This document shows, in pieces, positions 9,609-19,147 of a stretch of 64,000 nucleotides of DNA. Both the position numbers and the translations under genes were made by a program. The number at the start of each line of letters is the position of its first letter. Position 1 is the stretch's first letter. The DNA comes from Thermoguttaceae bacterium. GTDB taxonomy: Bacteria; Planctomycetota; Planctomycetia; Pirellulales; Thermoguttaceae. The stretch lies in contig JBKQVT010000104.1 of the NCBI GenBank assembly GCA_052139835.1, forward strand, positions 323 to 64,322, written 5' to 3'. Under the pieces are notes generated by a model. The model saw only the letters and a program-made list of their open reading frames with translations. It did no database searches and was not told where the DNA came from.

Positions 9609-10667
9609 CTAAAAGCTGCCGGCGCTGATCGTCAAGCCGTCGTTGCGCGAACTCAGCCGCCGGAAGACCTCGGGATCGACCGAGTAGCTGATGCGATGCA
9701 CCGAGCCGTCGCAAAAGACGAATTGCGCGCCTGCCGCGTGGGCGGAACCGAACTGGTAGGCGTATTGCCGCTCCTGGCCACCCGGCGCCATTGGGGCGCT
9801 CCCAGCACCGGAAAAGTCGCGCTGCGGCGGGAACTGCCAATAACTTGGGAGGGCCGCCACGCTGGTGGTTGCGCCACCCAGGGCGCCAAAGCGGATCACG
9901 TCGTCCTGGAAACCACCGACGTAACCGGAGTCGTCGTCCGGCTCGCCGGCCCCTTGGGGGGCGACGAAGTAGTAGAGGGCGTTCATCCGCTTCTCTCCCA
10001 CCATGAGCGTGTTGGAAGTCCCGTCGGTCACGCTGGCCGGGGTAACGATGTAACTGCTGCCGCCGTTAAGGGTGCCTTGCATGACCACGATGCCGTCCAC
10101 GGTGCCGTCGCCGTAACAGCCGCCGCCGTCGCCGCCGGAGCAAGTGGTCCCCGCGTTGCCGGCGTAGTCGATCATGGCACGCCATGGCCCCCAGTTGCTG
10201 GTCGTTTCGCTCCGCACAACGGGTTGCCGCCGGGTCGGGCAAAAGTAGATGGCTGTCGGCGTGGCCCTCACCGTCGGGTCGTCCTGGGTCAGCCAGAGCG
10301 GCTTCTCCTCGATGTACGGCAGGATTTGATAGCCCCAGGACCAGTCCTGCTTGTCGAACTGTGCCGGGGTAATGTGGGCGGAATTGGGGGAAGAGGGGGT
10401 GCAGTTGGCCCAGGCCCGGCCATCCCCCCATGCCGACCAATCATAGCGTGCGCCTCCGTTGGGGAACGCCCCCGTCGCCGTGACGTGGCCCAAGAAACCC
10501 ACGCCGATCTGTTTGAGATTATTGCCGCACTGGGCAAGCCGCGCCGTTTCTCGCGCCGACTGCACCGCCGGCAAAAGCAGCCCCACCAGGATGCCGATGA
10601 TCGTGATGACCACCAGGAGTTCGACGAGCGTGAAGGCCCCACGGGGGCGGGCCGGGGAATGGCTCAT
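9609..10667 (-). CDS. DUF1559 domain protein with prepilin-type N-terminal cleavage/methylation motif
   Basis: [55 protein letters not shown] is the classic type IV pilin-like leader plus DUF1559 opening. C-terminal [14 protein letters not shown] motif. ATG at 10667 preferred over the ORF start at 10766. Confidence 0.85.
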   Translation of the reverse strand: MSHSPARPRGAFTLVELLVVITIIGILVGLLLPAVQSARETARLAQCGNNLKQIGVGFLGHVTATGAFPNGGARYDWSAWGDGRAWANCTPSSPNSAHITPAQFDKQDWSWGYQILPYIEEKPLWLTQDDPTVRATPTAIYFCPTRRQPVVRSETTSNWGPWRAMIDYAGNAGTTCSGGDGGGCYGDGTVDGIVVMQGTLNGGSSYIVTPASVTDGTSNTLMVGEKRMNALYYFVAPQGAGEPDDDSGYVGGFQDDVIRFGALGGATTSVAALPSYWQFPPQRDFSGAGSAPMAPGGQERQYAYQFGSAHAAGAQFVFCDGSVHRISYSVDPEVFRRLSSRNDGLTISAGSF

Positions 10668-10778
10668 TTTTCGGGCCGGGCACCAAGCGGAGGTTGGTCG
10701 GGGCCGAAAAATGTGCCTGTCCCCTTCGGTCCCATAGCTTCCGTTGCCAAGGAAAAGGGTTCGCATGATGCACCTCGA

Positions 10779-11240
10779 TCAAAAACTGGGGGTATGCCCT
10801 GGAGGAAAACTGGCCTGGCGAAACTCCTGGTCCTGCATCAACTCGACATTCCGCCGCGTCGTCACGACATAGCGCCGGCCATCGACCCCCTGTTTCTCGT
10901 AGGCCAGCACGGGCGTCGACTTGGCCCAATCGACCGGCCTCATCAGGTCCACGCCCCAGCAGATCACAAACGGCTGCCCGTCGCGCGGCGATCGCAACAG
11001 CTCGTCGGGGTTTCCCAATTTGGCCAGCGCCGGCTTCAAGTCCTCCGCACTCTCGGGGGGTTTCTGCTCCGTCGCGCAGAACTGTCCATAGGCCGCGAGG
11101 ATCTTCTTCAGATTGTCCGCGGCGGGGATGCGCGGGGTTTCCACCTTGACGGGCGCCGAGGAGGAGCAGCCCATCGCGATCAGACACCACAGCGCCCAAG
11201 GCAATCGGCGCCGCCATCCTCGCGGGAAGTGCAGTGGCAT
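10779..11240 (-). CDS. small putative lipoprotein, unknown function
   Basis: MPLHFPRGWRRRLPWALWCLIAMGCSSS contains a lipobox (IAMG|C). Lies 13 nt upstream of the long DUF1559 ORF on the same strand. Confidence 0.6.
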   Translation of the reverse strand: MPLHFPRGWRRRLPWALWCLIAMGCSSSAPVKVETPRIPAADNLKKILAAYGQFCATEQKPPESAEDLKPALAKLGNPDELLRSPRDGQPFVICWGVDLMRPVDWAKSTPVLAYEKQGVDGRRYVVTTRRNVELMQDQEFRQASFPPGHTPSF

Positions 11241-11506
11241 GGGGAAGCTCTTCTCGTGCACGCGGTTTGCGGGCGTCGCCACGCCGCCGGGGCTGGCCGC
11301 AATTCCCGGCCCGCTACCCGAAGTATACCGCGCCGGGGGGTAATCTGTAAACCGTCGAATCGGGGTTTGCGGCGGGCAAGGGGGGGCGAAGCGGGGGGGC
11401 GGGGCGGGCCTTGATTTCCCGGCTCCGCCGGGCGATACTTAAGCGTTTGGCGATTTTTGGGTGGGGCGACTCCTGCCCCCGCTGTCACCGTGGAGAATGG
11501 TTTGCC

Positions 11507-13084
11507 ATGTATGCTGAATTTCGTCAGACGGCCAAGGAAATTTTTGACGCGGCGGAACGCCAAGGCCGGCTGATCCGCAATCCGGACAACGGGCGGCTGC
11601 GGTCCCTGGCCATGGAAGAGTCGGGCGTGGTCCAGAGCAAGTACCGCAACCTGGTGATCGAGTCGGAGCCCAAGTCCCGCGCCGCCATGATGACCAAGAA
11701 CAACATCGACGCCTCCTTCGGCGACGCCGAGCGGCAGTTGCTCGCCCAGGCCAAGACGCGGCTGGCCAAGGAGGCGCTGGTGAGCATCGAGGTCGAGGTG
11801 GGCGACGGCAGCGAGGGGATTACCGCCCGGCTGATCGTGCCGCGCTCTGTGGCCCATATCGCCTATGGCGGCTCGAAACTCTTCAAGCCCACCGTGACCG
11901 ACAATCCCACCTACCAGGTCGTGCTCTTCTTCGACGAGCAATACGAGCAGAACAAGGCGAAGGATCTGCCCAAGAAGGACATCACCATCCGCCTGGCCCA
12001 CGCCCCCGACGGCCACATGGTCAAGTTCGCCCGCAACACCAACTACTTCGGCGAATGGAAGAAGGGCGTGTTCGCCGGCGAGGACTTCCGGGCGAAGCTC
12101 AAGGGCAACGGCATCTTCCTGCACTCGGGCTGCCGCAAGGACACGCTGGAGACCTCGCACGGTCCCTACATGACCAGCTACTCGCTGTTCGTTGCGCTGA
12201 GCGCCAACGGCAAGACCAGCACGACCTGCAAGATGCTGGCCCGCAAGGGCCGCGAGCGCTCCTGGCTCATCCAGGACGACGGCGGCACGCTTTCCCGCGA
12301 CGGCACCTTCCACGGCTTCGAGGCGGGCGGGCTGTTCATCAAGACCGACGGCCTGAATCCCGGCGAGCAGGCCGAGGCCTACTACGCCTGCCTGAAGCGC
12401 GAGACCTTCCTGGAGAACGTCTACGTCGAGGCCGACGGGGCCTTCGATTTCTACAACATGGAGCTGACCAGCAACGGCCGGGCGATCGTCGAGAGGCGCG
12501 ATTTCATGCACGCCGGCGACGAGATCAACGCCCCGCAAATCCACAACCTCTTCATCATCACCCGCGGCAGCCTCATCCCCGCCCTGGCTAGGCTGAGCCA
12601 CGAGCAGGCGGCGGCCTTCATGGTCCTGGGCCAATCACAGGAGTCCTCCGCCGGCGATCCCACCCAGGCCGGCAAGCTCAAGAACGAGTTCTTCTACGAC
12701 CCCTTCCTCGCCGGCGACCGCAGCGAGCACGCCAACCTCTTCTACGACATCCTCAAGGGCAACGGCCACATTCGCTGCTATCTCCTCAATACCGGCTGGG
12801 TCGGCGAAGGCGAGCACTTCCGCGACATCAATCTCGGCGACACGATGGGGATCCTCGACTCGGTGCTCCGCGGCGGCCTGGAAGACTGGATGCCCTCGGA
12901 AGGCACCGGGCTGTTGGTCCCCCGCGCGGTCCGTTCCGTCGACTCGATCCTCTTCCACCCCGCCAAGCTCTACGGCATGAGCGAGTTCGAGAAGCGGCAG
13001 AAGGCGCTGGACCAGCAGCGGGCGGACATCATCGACTCCTATCCGGCCCTGCACCCGGACATCAAAGCGGTTTTTCAACAATAG
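11507..13084 (+). CDS. pckA: phosphoenolpyruvate carboxykinase (ATP)-like protein, divergent
   Basis: ATG at 11507 with GGAGAA 9 nt upstream. Collinear similarity to ATP-PEPCK: ALSANGKTSTT at the kinase-1a position, FLENVYV..DG..DF, SNGRAIVER, LLNTGWVGEG. Confidence 0.65.
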   Translation: MYAEFRQTAKEIFDAAERQGRLIRNPDNGRLRSLAMEESGVVQSKYRNLVIESEPKSRAAMMTKNNIDASFGDAERQLLAQAKTRLAKEALVSIEVEVGDGSEGITARLIVPRSVAHIAYGGSKLFKPTVTDNPTYQVVLFFDEQYEQNKAKDLPKKDITIRLAHAPDGHMVKFARNTNYFGEWKKGVFAGEDFRAKLKGNGIFLHSGCRKDTLETSHGPYMTSYSLFVALSANGKTSTTCKMLARKGRERSWLIQDDGGTLSRDGTFHGFEAGGLFIKTDGLNPGEQAEAYYACLKRETFLENVYVEADGAFDFYNMELTSNGRAIVERRDFMHAGDEINAPQIHNLFIITRGSLIPALARLSHEQAAAFMVLGQSQESSAGDPTQAGKLKNEFFYDPFLAGDRSEHANLFYDILKGNGHIRCYLLNTGWVGEGEHFRDINLGDTMGILDSVLRGGLEDWMPSEGTGLLVPRAVRSVDSILFHPAKLYGMSEFEKRQKALDQQRADIIDSYPALHPDIKAVFQQ

Positions 13085-13096
13085 AGCGACGCCTCC

Positions 13097-14403
<1,307 letters not shown>

Positions 14404-14407
<4 letters not shown>

Positions 14408-15672
14408 TGGATCACGCTGAAATCGACCGGGGTCTGGTCGAGGCGATTCCCCTGGACGCGATGGACCTCGGGGTCGATGGAATAGGACACCTGGTGCACG
14501 GAGCCGTCGCACATGGCCATGCCGAAGGTGGAGGGATGGGCGCTGCCGAAGGCAGTCCAGTTGTTCGCGCCCCCGCCGGTAGCCGTGTCCACCTTATACC
14601 CCAACGTGCAGTCCTTGCGGGGCACCGTCATGAGCGCGTTGGAATAGTTCGGGCCATTGCTGGAACGGTCGGGGGCGGTGGTGACGGAGTAGCAATTGAA
14701 GCCTGTCCAGCGGGTATCGTCGCTGCTGAAGCCGCCGGCCCAGCCTGTTTCGTCGCCTTGGAACTGGTTGGAATAATAGAAAGCGGAATCGAGGAACTTT
14801 TCCCCGATCAAATAGGTATTACTCGCGCCGTGCAGAAGGTTGCCGGACTGGATCATGCTGCGGCGGTAAATCACGCCCGTTTCCACCCCGCTGGGGTTGC
14901 TGGGGTTCGGGGCGCCGGAGATACCGCCGGGATAACTCCCGCCGGGACCTGGCCCGTTGTAACCGGCGATGTCTTGGCCCTCGTAGTATGGATTTGGAGG
15001 GGTGCCCCACCCCGGATCCGGCCCCCAACCGGCAACGTCGGATTGGTAATCCCCGCCGTTGGAGGCGTAGTCGGTGCGGGCAATCGGACTCGACGTGGTC
15101 ATACTGATGTTGTAGAAACACCAACTCTGGTAGTCCATGTACGGGAAGGCGACCGCTTTGCGACGCGAGGGGCAAACAAAGACCTGCACCGGCGTGGCGG
15201 CCATTTGGGCCCCCAGCGACATCCGCTGCCCGTTGGCGCCGCTGGTATCGGTGGCGTACTGGGGGGGCGGGCCCAAGCCCATGCCCTTGCCCAGGTCGTG
15301 CAGGGGCTGCTGTTCGATCCAGGGCAAGATGTTGTAGCACCAGCCGCCGGGTTGAATTTTCGTGAAGCCCTGGTTCGGATCGCCCGCCCAGCGATAGAAC
15401 CAGCCCCCCGTGGGAAAGAAACCCACGGCCGACTGGTGGGCGACACACGCCAGGGACATCTGATGGAGGTTGTTCGCGCAGGTGGTGCGGCGCGCGGATT
15501 CCCGCACGGATTGCACCGCGGGCAACAGCAGCCCGACGAGGATGCCGATGATCGAGATCACCACCAGCAACTCGACCAACGTGAACCCGCGATCGCCTCC
15601 GTGGCTTGAGAATCGTGGCCGGACCGGCTTTCCATGCCCCCGCCGGACAATTCTAGAACAGGCGTCAGCCAT
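14404..15672 (-). CDS. DUF1559 domain protein with prepilin-type N-terminal motif (second paralog)
   Basis: [44 protein letters not shown] leader. C-terminal [17 protein letters not shown] at 15672. Confidence 0.85.
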
Positions 15673-15780
15673 GGCGAAATTCCTGGACCAGATGAATACG
15701 GCCCGACGGACCGCAACCCCCACGAACTTCAGGCACTAGTGTAATAATATATCCGATATTCGCGGCCGGTACAATGCCCC

Positions 15781-15814
15781 AAAAGGGTCCCTTGATAAGG
15801 GGACTTCCCCTTTT
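15781..15814 (-). terminator. putative intrinsic terminator after dapA
   Basis: AAAAGGG..TCCCTT-GAT-AAGGG..CCCTTTT two-tier hairpin abutting the dapA stop. The U-run is partly inside the stem. Confidence 0.35.
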
Positions 15815-15815
15815 C

Positions 15816-16712
15816 CTACAGCAGTCCGTAGGCAGCCAGCGTCTTGCGGAGCTTCGCCTCTTCCGTCGCGGTGAGCCGGGTCAGGGGCATCCGCAGATCG
15901 CCCGTGTCGTGGCCGAGCATCTGCATCGCCGCCTTGATTGGGATCGGATTGCTCGCCAGGCCGAGCATATCGCGGCAGAGAGGGAAGAGGCGATAGTGCC
16001 AGCGGCGGGCCTCGGCCAGATCGCCTTGCTCGAAGGCGCGGATCATGGCGATCACGTCGCCGGGGACGATATTGCCCACCACCGAGATCACCCCCCGCCC
16101 TCCCAACGCCAACAGCGGCAAGGTCAGGCTGTCGTCGCCGCTCAGCACGGTCAAATCGGTGGCGGCCAGGATCTGCGATGCCTGGTCCATCGAGCCGGTG
16201 GCCTCTTTGACCATGGTGATGTTGGGCAGCTCGGCCATGCGGGCGATCGTCTCCGGCTCGATGTTCTTGCCGGTGCGGCCGGGAATGTTGTAGACGCAGA
16301 TGGGGATCTCCACCGCCTGGGCCAGGACCTTGAAGTGCTGGTAGAAGCCTTCCTGGGTGGGCTTGTTGTAATAAGGGGCGACGACCAAGGCGGCGTCTGC
16401 CCCGCTCTTGGCCGCCCAGCGGGTCAGCCGCAGGGCCTCCTCCGTGCTGTTGGAGCCGGTGCCGGCCATGACCTTGATCCGCCCGGCGGCCGCCTCGACC
16501 ACCGCGGAAATCACCCGCTCGTGCTCGGGATGCGAAAGCGTGGGACATTCGCCGGTCGTTCCCACCGGGCAGACGCAGGTCGTGCCCGCCGCGATTTGGA
16601 ATTCCACGTTCCGCTCGAGGGCCTCCAGATCGACCTGGCCGTCGCGGAAGGGCGTTATGAGGGCCACGCCAAGGCCGGCAAAGTCTTCACTGCGGGTGGG
16701 CATGGGGTTCAC
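15816..16712 (-). CDS. dapA: 4-hydroxy-tetrahydrodipicolinate synthase
   Basis: [41 protein letters not shown] and full-length DapA collinearity. Start is GTG 16712 or ATG 16703. Confidence 0.9.
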   Translation of the reverse strand: MNPMPTRSEDFAGLGVALITPFRDGQVDLEALERNVEFQIAAGTTCVCPVGTTGECPTLSHPEHERVISAVVEAAAGRIKVMAGTGSNSTEEALRLTRWAAKSGADAALVVAPYYNKPTQEGFYQHFKVLAQAVEIPICVYNIPGRTGKNIEPETIARMAELPNITMVKEATGSMDQASQILAATDLTVLSGDDSLTLPLLALGGRGVISVVGNIVPGDVIAMIRAFEQGDLAEARRWHYRLFPLCRDMLGLASNPIPIKAAMQMLGHDTGDLRMPLTRLTATEEAKLRKTLAAYGLL

Positions 16713-16720
16713 GTATGAAA

Positions 16721-16814
16721 GGAGTTAGGAGTTAGGAGTTAGAAGTTAGAAGCTGGGATTCAGGGGCAGTGGAGCATCGAAGCTTCTAACTCCTAGCTTC
16801 TAGCTCCTACCTCC
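16721..16814 (-). repeat. octamer-array hairpin, (GGAGTTAG)n arms, between pdxJ and dapA
   Basis: Arms 16721-16754 and 16781-16814 are 34 nt each and complementary at 29/34 positions, with a 26-nt loop. Fills the entire pdxJ-dapA spacer. Confidence 0.85.
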
Positions 16815-16815
16815 T

Positions 16816-17526
16816 TCAGGTGATCAGGCACTTCATCTCGCGAACGGCCGTTTCCAGGCCAACCATCACCGCCCGCGCGATGATGCTGTGGCCGATGTTC
16901 AATTCGTGCATGGCCTCGATCGAGGCCACGGGGCGGACGTTCCGATAGGTCAGGCCGTGGCCCGCGTGCAAGGCCAGCCCCGCGGCGGACACTTGCCGGC
17001 CGGAGCGCTTGAGCACTTCGAGCTGCTTGGCGGCGGCCGCGCCGCGGCCTAGGGCATATTGGCCCGTGTGCAACTCGACGGCCTCGACGCCCAGCGCAAT
17101 CGCCGCTTCGATCTGCCGCGGATCGGGATCGAGAAACAGGCTGACCGCGATGCCGGCCTCGCGGAGCCGGGCGACGACCGGCGCGACGCGCTCGCGGTGG
17201 GCGGCCACGTCCAGTCCGCCCTCCGTGGTCAGTTCCTCGCGGCGTTCCGGGACCAGTGTCGCCTGGTCCGGCTTGACCTGGCAGGCGATTTCCAGGACCT
17301 GCCGGTCGCAGGCCATTTCCAGGTTCAGCTTGACGGCGACCGTTTCGCGGAGGACCCGCAGGTCGCGCTCTTGGATGTGGCGGCGATCCTCGCGGAGGTG
17401 CAAGGTGATACAGTCGGCCCCGCCCAGCTCCGCCAAAACGGCCGCCCAGACGGGGTCAGGTTCGTTGGCGCGCCGGGCCTGCCGCAAGGTGGCGACGTGA
17501 TCGATGTTGACGCCGAGTTCCGCCAT
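16816..17526 (-). CDS. pdxJ: pyridoxine 5'-phosphate synthase
   Basis: [25 protein letters not shown]...[16 protein letters not shown]...ELHTGQYA...[12 protein letters not shown] at 17526. The upstream 121 codons of ORF 16816..17889 are Arg/Pro/Ser junk. Confidence 0.9.
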   Translation of the reverse strand: MAELGVNIDHVATLRQARRANEPDPVWAAVLAELGGADCITLHLREDRRHIQERDLRVLRETVAVKLNLEMACDRQVLEIACQVKPDQATLVPERREELTTEGGLDVAAHRERVAPVVARLREAGIAVSLFLDPDPRQIEAAIALGVEAVELHTGQYALGRGAAAAKQLEVLKRSGRQVSAAGLALHAGHGLTYRNVRPVASIEAMHELNIGHSIIARAVMVGLETAVREMKCLIT

Positions 17527-17569
17527 GCTGACGATTATACCGCCTGTCGGTCGGCCAGCAAGGGCCGGC

Positions 17570-18967
17570 TCACTCGCGGCGGTCCGGCTCGCTGCCCGGC
17601 GGTTCGTCGTGGCGGGCGGTTTCCAGCCGCGGCGCGGCGTAGGCGTCGAAGATCGTCCAGGGGGGGTAGAGCCGCTGCATCTTGGCCATGTATTCCTGGG
17701 CTTTTTTCGCCGACCGCTCCTGCTTGATCTGCTTGCGGATCTGCTCCTGGGCCTCGGGGAACGAGGTCCGCGTGGCCTCCTGGCGTTCCAGCACGCGGAT
17801 GATGTGCAGGCCGTTGGCGGTCTCCAGGATGGTGGGGCTGGGCTGGCCGACAGGCTGCGTGAACAAGGCCCGATCAAGCTCCTCGGCAACCAGGCTCCCC
17901 TTGGTGGTCCAGTCGCGCAGCCCGCCCTCCGCGGCCGTGGCGCCGTCGGATTGGGCGCGGGCGACTTCGGCCAGCGGCCGGCCGGCCACCACCACCTGGT
18001 TCCCCATCTGAGCGATGGCCGCGTAGGCCGCCGCCCGGTTGGGATACTTGTCGGTGCGAACCATCAATTCCTCCCAGCGTGCACGGGCGGGCTTGTCGAA
18101 GGTGTGCAAGTGGGCCTGGTACCATTCCAGCAGTTCTTGATGGGTGATTTCTTCGTCCGATTTCAGTTGCTGGCCCATCCATTGCCCGGCCATGTCCCGA
18201 CGCATGAACCACTCCTTCTCGCGGTCCAGCGAGCTGCCGTAAGAGCGAAGCTTCCGGTCCAGCTCGTCTCGCGACTGGACGTCCGCCTGCTTCATCAGCT
18301 TCTTCAGTTGCAACTCCTCGAAGTCCTTGGCCATGCTCTCCTGAATGTGGTCGAGGCTCTCCGCGGGGATCAGGTTGCGGGCGTCATTGCAGACTTCCAG
18401 CGTCTCAAGGTGCCCTCTTAACAGGTTGCGCAACAGCGTCTGGTGATCGGAGGCCACGCCGGCCAGCGGGTTGGGGTCGTTCGTGTGGGCCGCCAGGTCG
18501 TCGACCGCCTCCCTGATGGCCTGGACGAGCTGCCTCCGCACTTGCTCCTGTCGTTCCGGGGGAAGTTTTTTGTCCACGGCGCGGTCGAAGAGGTCGTAGA
18601 TGCCGCCGAAGAGGTCGCCGCTGAGCACGTTGTCGGAACCGTCGCGGGCAAGCCACTGGCCGCCCTCGATGGGCACCTGCTCGCCCAACGGCTGCCCGGT
18701 CTGATCTCCCAGCCGTGAACGCACGTAACCCGGCGGCTGCGCCGTGCCCCCGCCCGGCCATGACGGGGGACGCGAAGGGGACGTGGGCTGGCTGGGTGGA
18801 CCCGGAAAATTCTGGGCACTGCCGGGAATCAGCGGCGTGGGCGAGGGCCCCAGCGGCGCGCCGCCGCCGTTGTCCGTCCCCGGTCCCCGATAATCATCGG
18901 CCGCAGCCACGCCCAGCCAGAGCGACAGCCCCGCCAACACGGTGAACAGCCAGGTTCGTTGTCGCAC
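17570..18967 (-). CDS. SurA-like peptidyl-prolyl cis-trans isomerase (parvulin/PpiC domain)
   Basis: Parvulin-like block [59 protein letters not shown]. There is no ATG near the N-terminus. GTG at 18967 gives signal peptide [23 protein letters not shown]. The longer ORF (to 19081) would translate a palindromic repeat. Confidence 0.75.
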   Translation of the reverse strand: MRQRTWLFTVLAGLSLWLGVAAADDYRGPGTDNGGGAPLGPSPTPLIPGSAQNFPGPPSQPTSPSRPPSWPGGGTAQPPGYVRSRLGDQTGQPLGEQVPIEGGQWLARDGSDNVLSGDLFGGIYDLFDRAVDKKLPPERQEQVRRQLVQAIREAVDDLAAHTNDPNPLAGVASDHQTLLRNLLRGHLETLEVCNDARNLIPAESLDHIQESMAKDFEELQLKKLMKQADVQSRDELDRKLRSYGSSLDREKEWFMRRDMAGQWMGQQLKSDEEITHQELLEWYQAHLHTFDKPARARWEELMVRTDKYPNRAAAYAAIAQMGNQVVVAGRPLAEVARAQSDGATAAEGGLRDWTTKGSLVAEELDRALFTQPVGQPSPTILETANGLHIIRVLERQEATRTSFPEAQEQIRKQIKQERSAKKAQEYMAKMQRLYPPWTIFDAYAAPRLETARHDEPPGSEPDRRE

Positions 18968-19014
18968 GGAAACTGCCCCTGCAGCGAGGGATGGATCGAG
19001 TTGGCTATGCTCGG

Positions 19015-19081
19015 GTGCCACTGGCTCCGCCAGTGCCTTTTTGCCAGTGGCCCAGGCGAGCACTGGCAAAGCCAGTGGCAC
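19015..19081. repeat. nested palindromic element (GTGCCACTGGC ... GCCAGTGGCAC)
   Basis: Outer 11-bp arms 19015-19025 / 19071-19081 and inner arms TTTGCCAGTG / CACTGGCAAA. A 13-nt mini-copy GTGCCACTGGCAC occurs at 34868-34880. Confidence 0.75.
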
Positions 19082-19091
19082 TCCGGCGCAA

Positions 19092-19117
19092 CCGGGGGGA
19101 TAAACCCCCCGGCTCGC
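19092..19117 (-). repeat. 26-nt core GCGAGCCGGGGGGTTTATCCCCCCGG (copy 1 of 3, reverse orientation)
   Basis: Reverse complement is identical 26/26 to 49006-49031 and 59265-59290. Contains an 8-bp stem and 5-nt loop hairpin. Confidence 0.9.
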
Positions 19118-19147
19118 TATGGAGCGGGGGGGATTATAGACGCCAAG

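Noticed and set aside
8613-11414. 933-aa plus-strand ORF spanning the A2M 3' end, the DUF1559 gene and the lipoprotein gene
   Set aside because: It crosses three well-supported genes and two intergenic hairpins. It is Arg/Gly/Pro-rich low complexity, so I treat it as an artefact of GC content.
16816-17889. Long form of the pdxJ ORF (357 aa) with a 121-codon N-terminal extension overlapping the PPIase gene
   Set aside because: The extension is Arg/Pro/Ser low complexity and overlaps the 3' end of the PPIase CDS. PdxJ homology begins exactly at [10 protein letters not shown] (ATG 17526).
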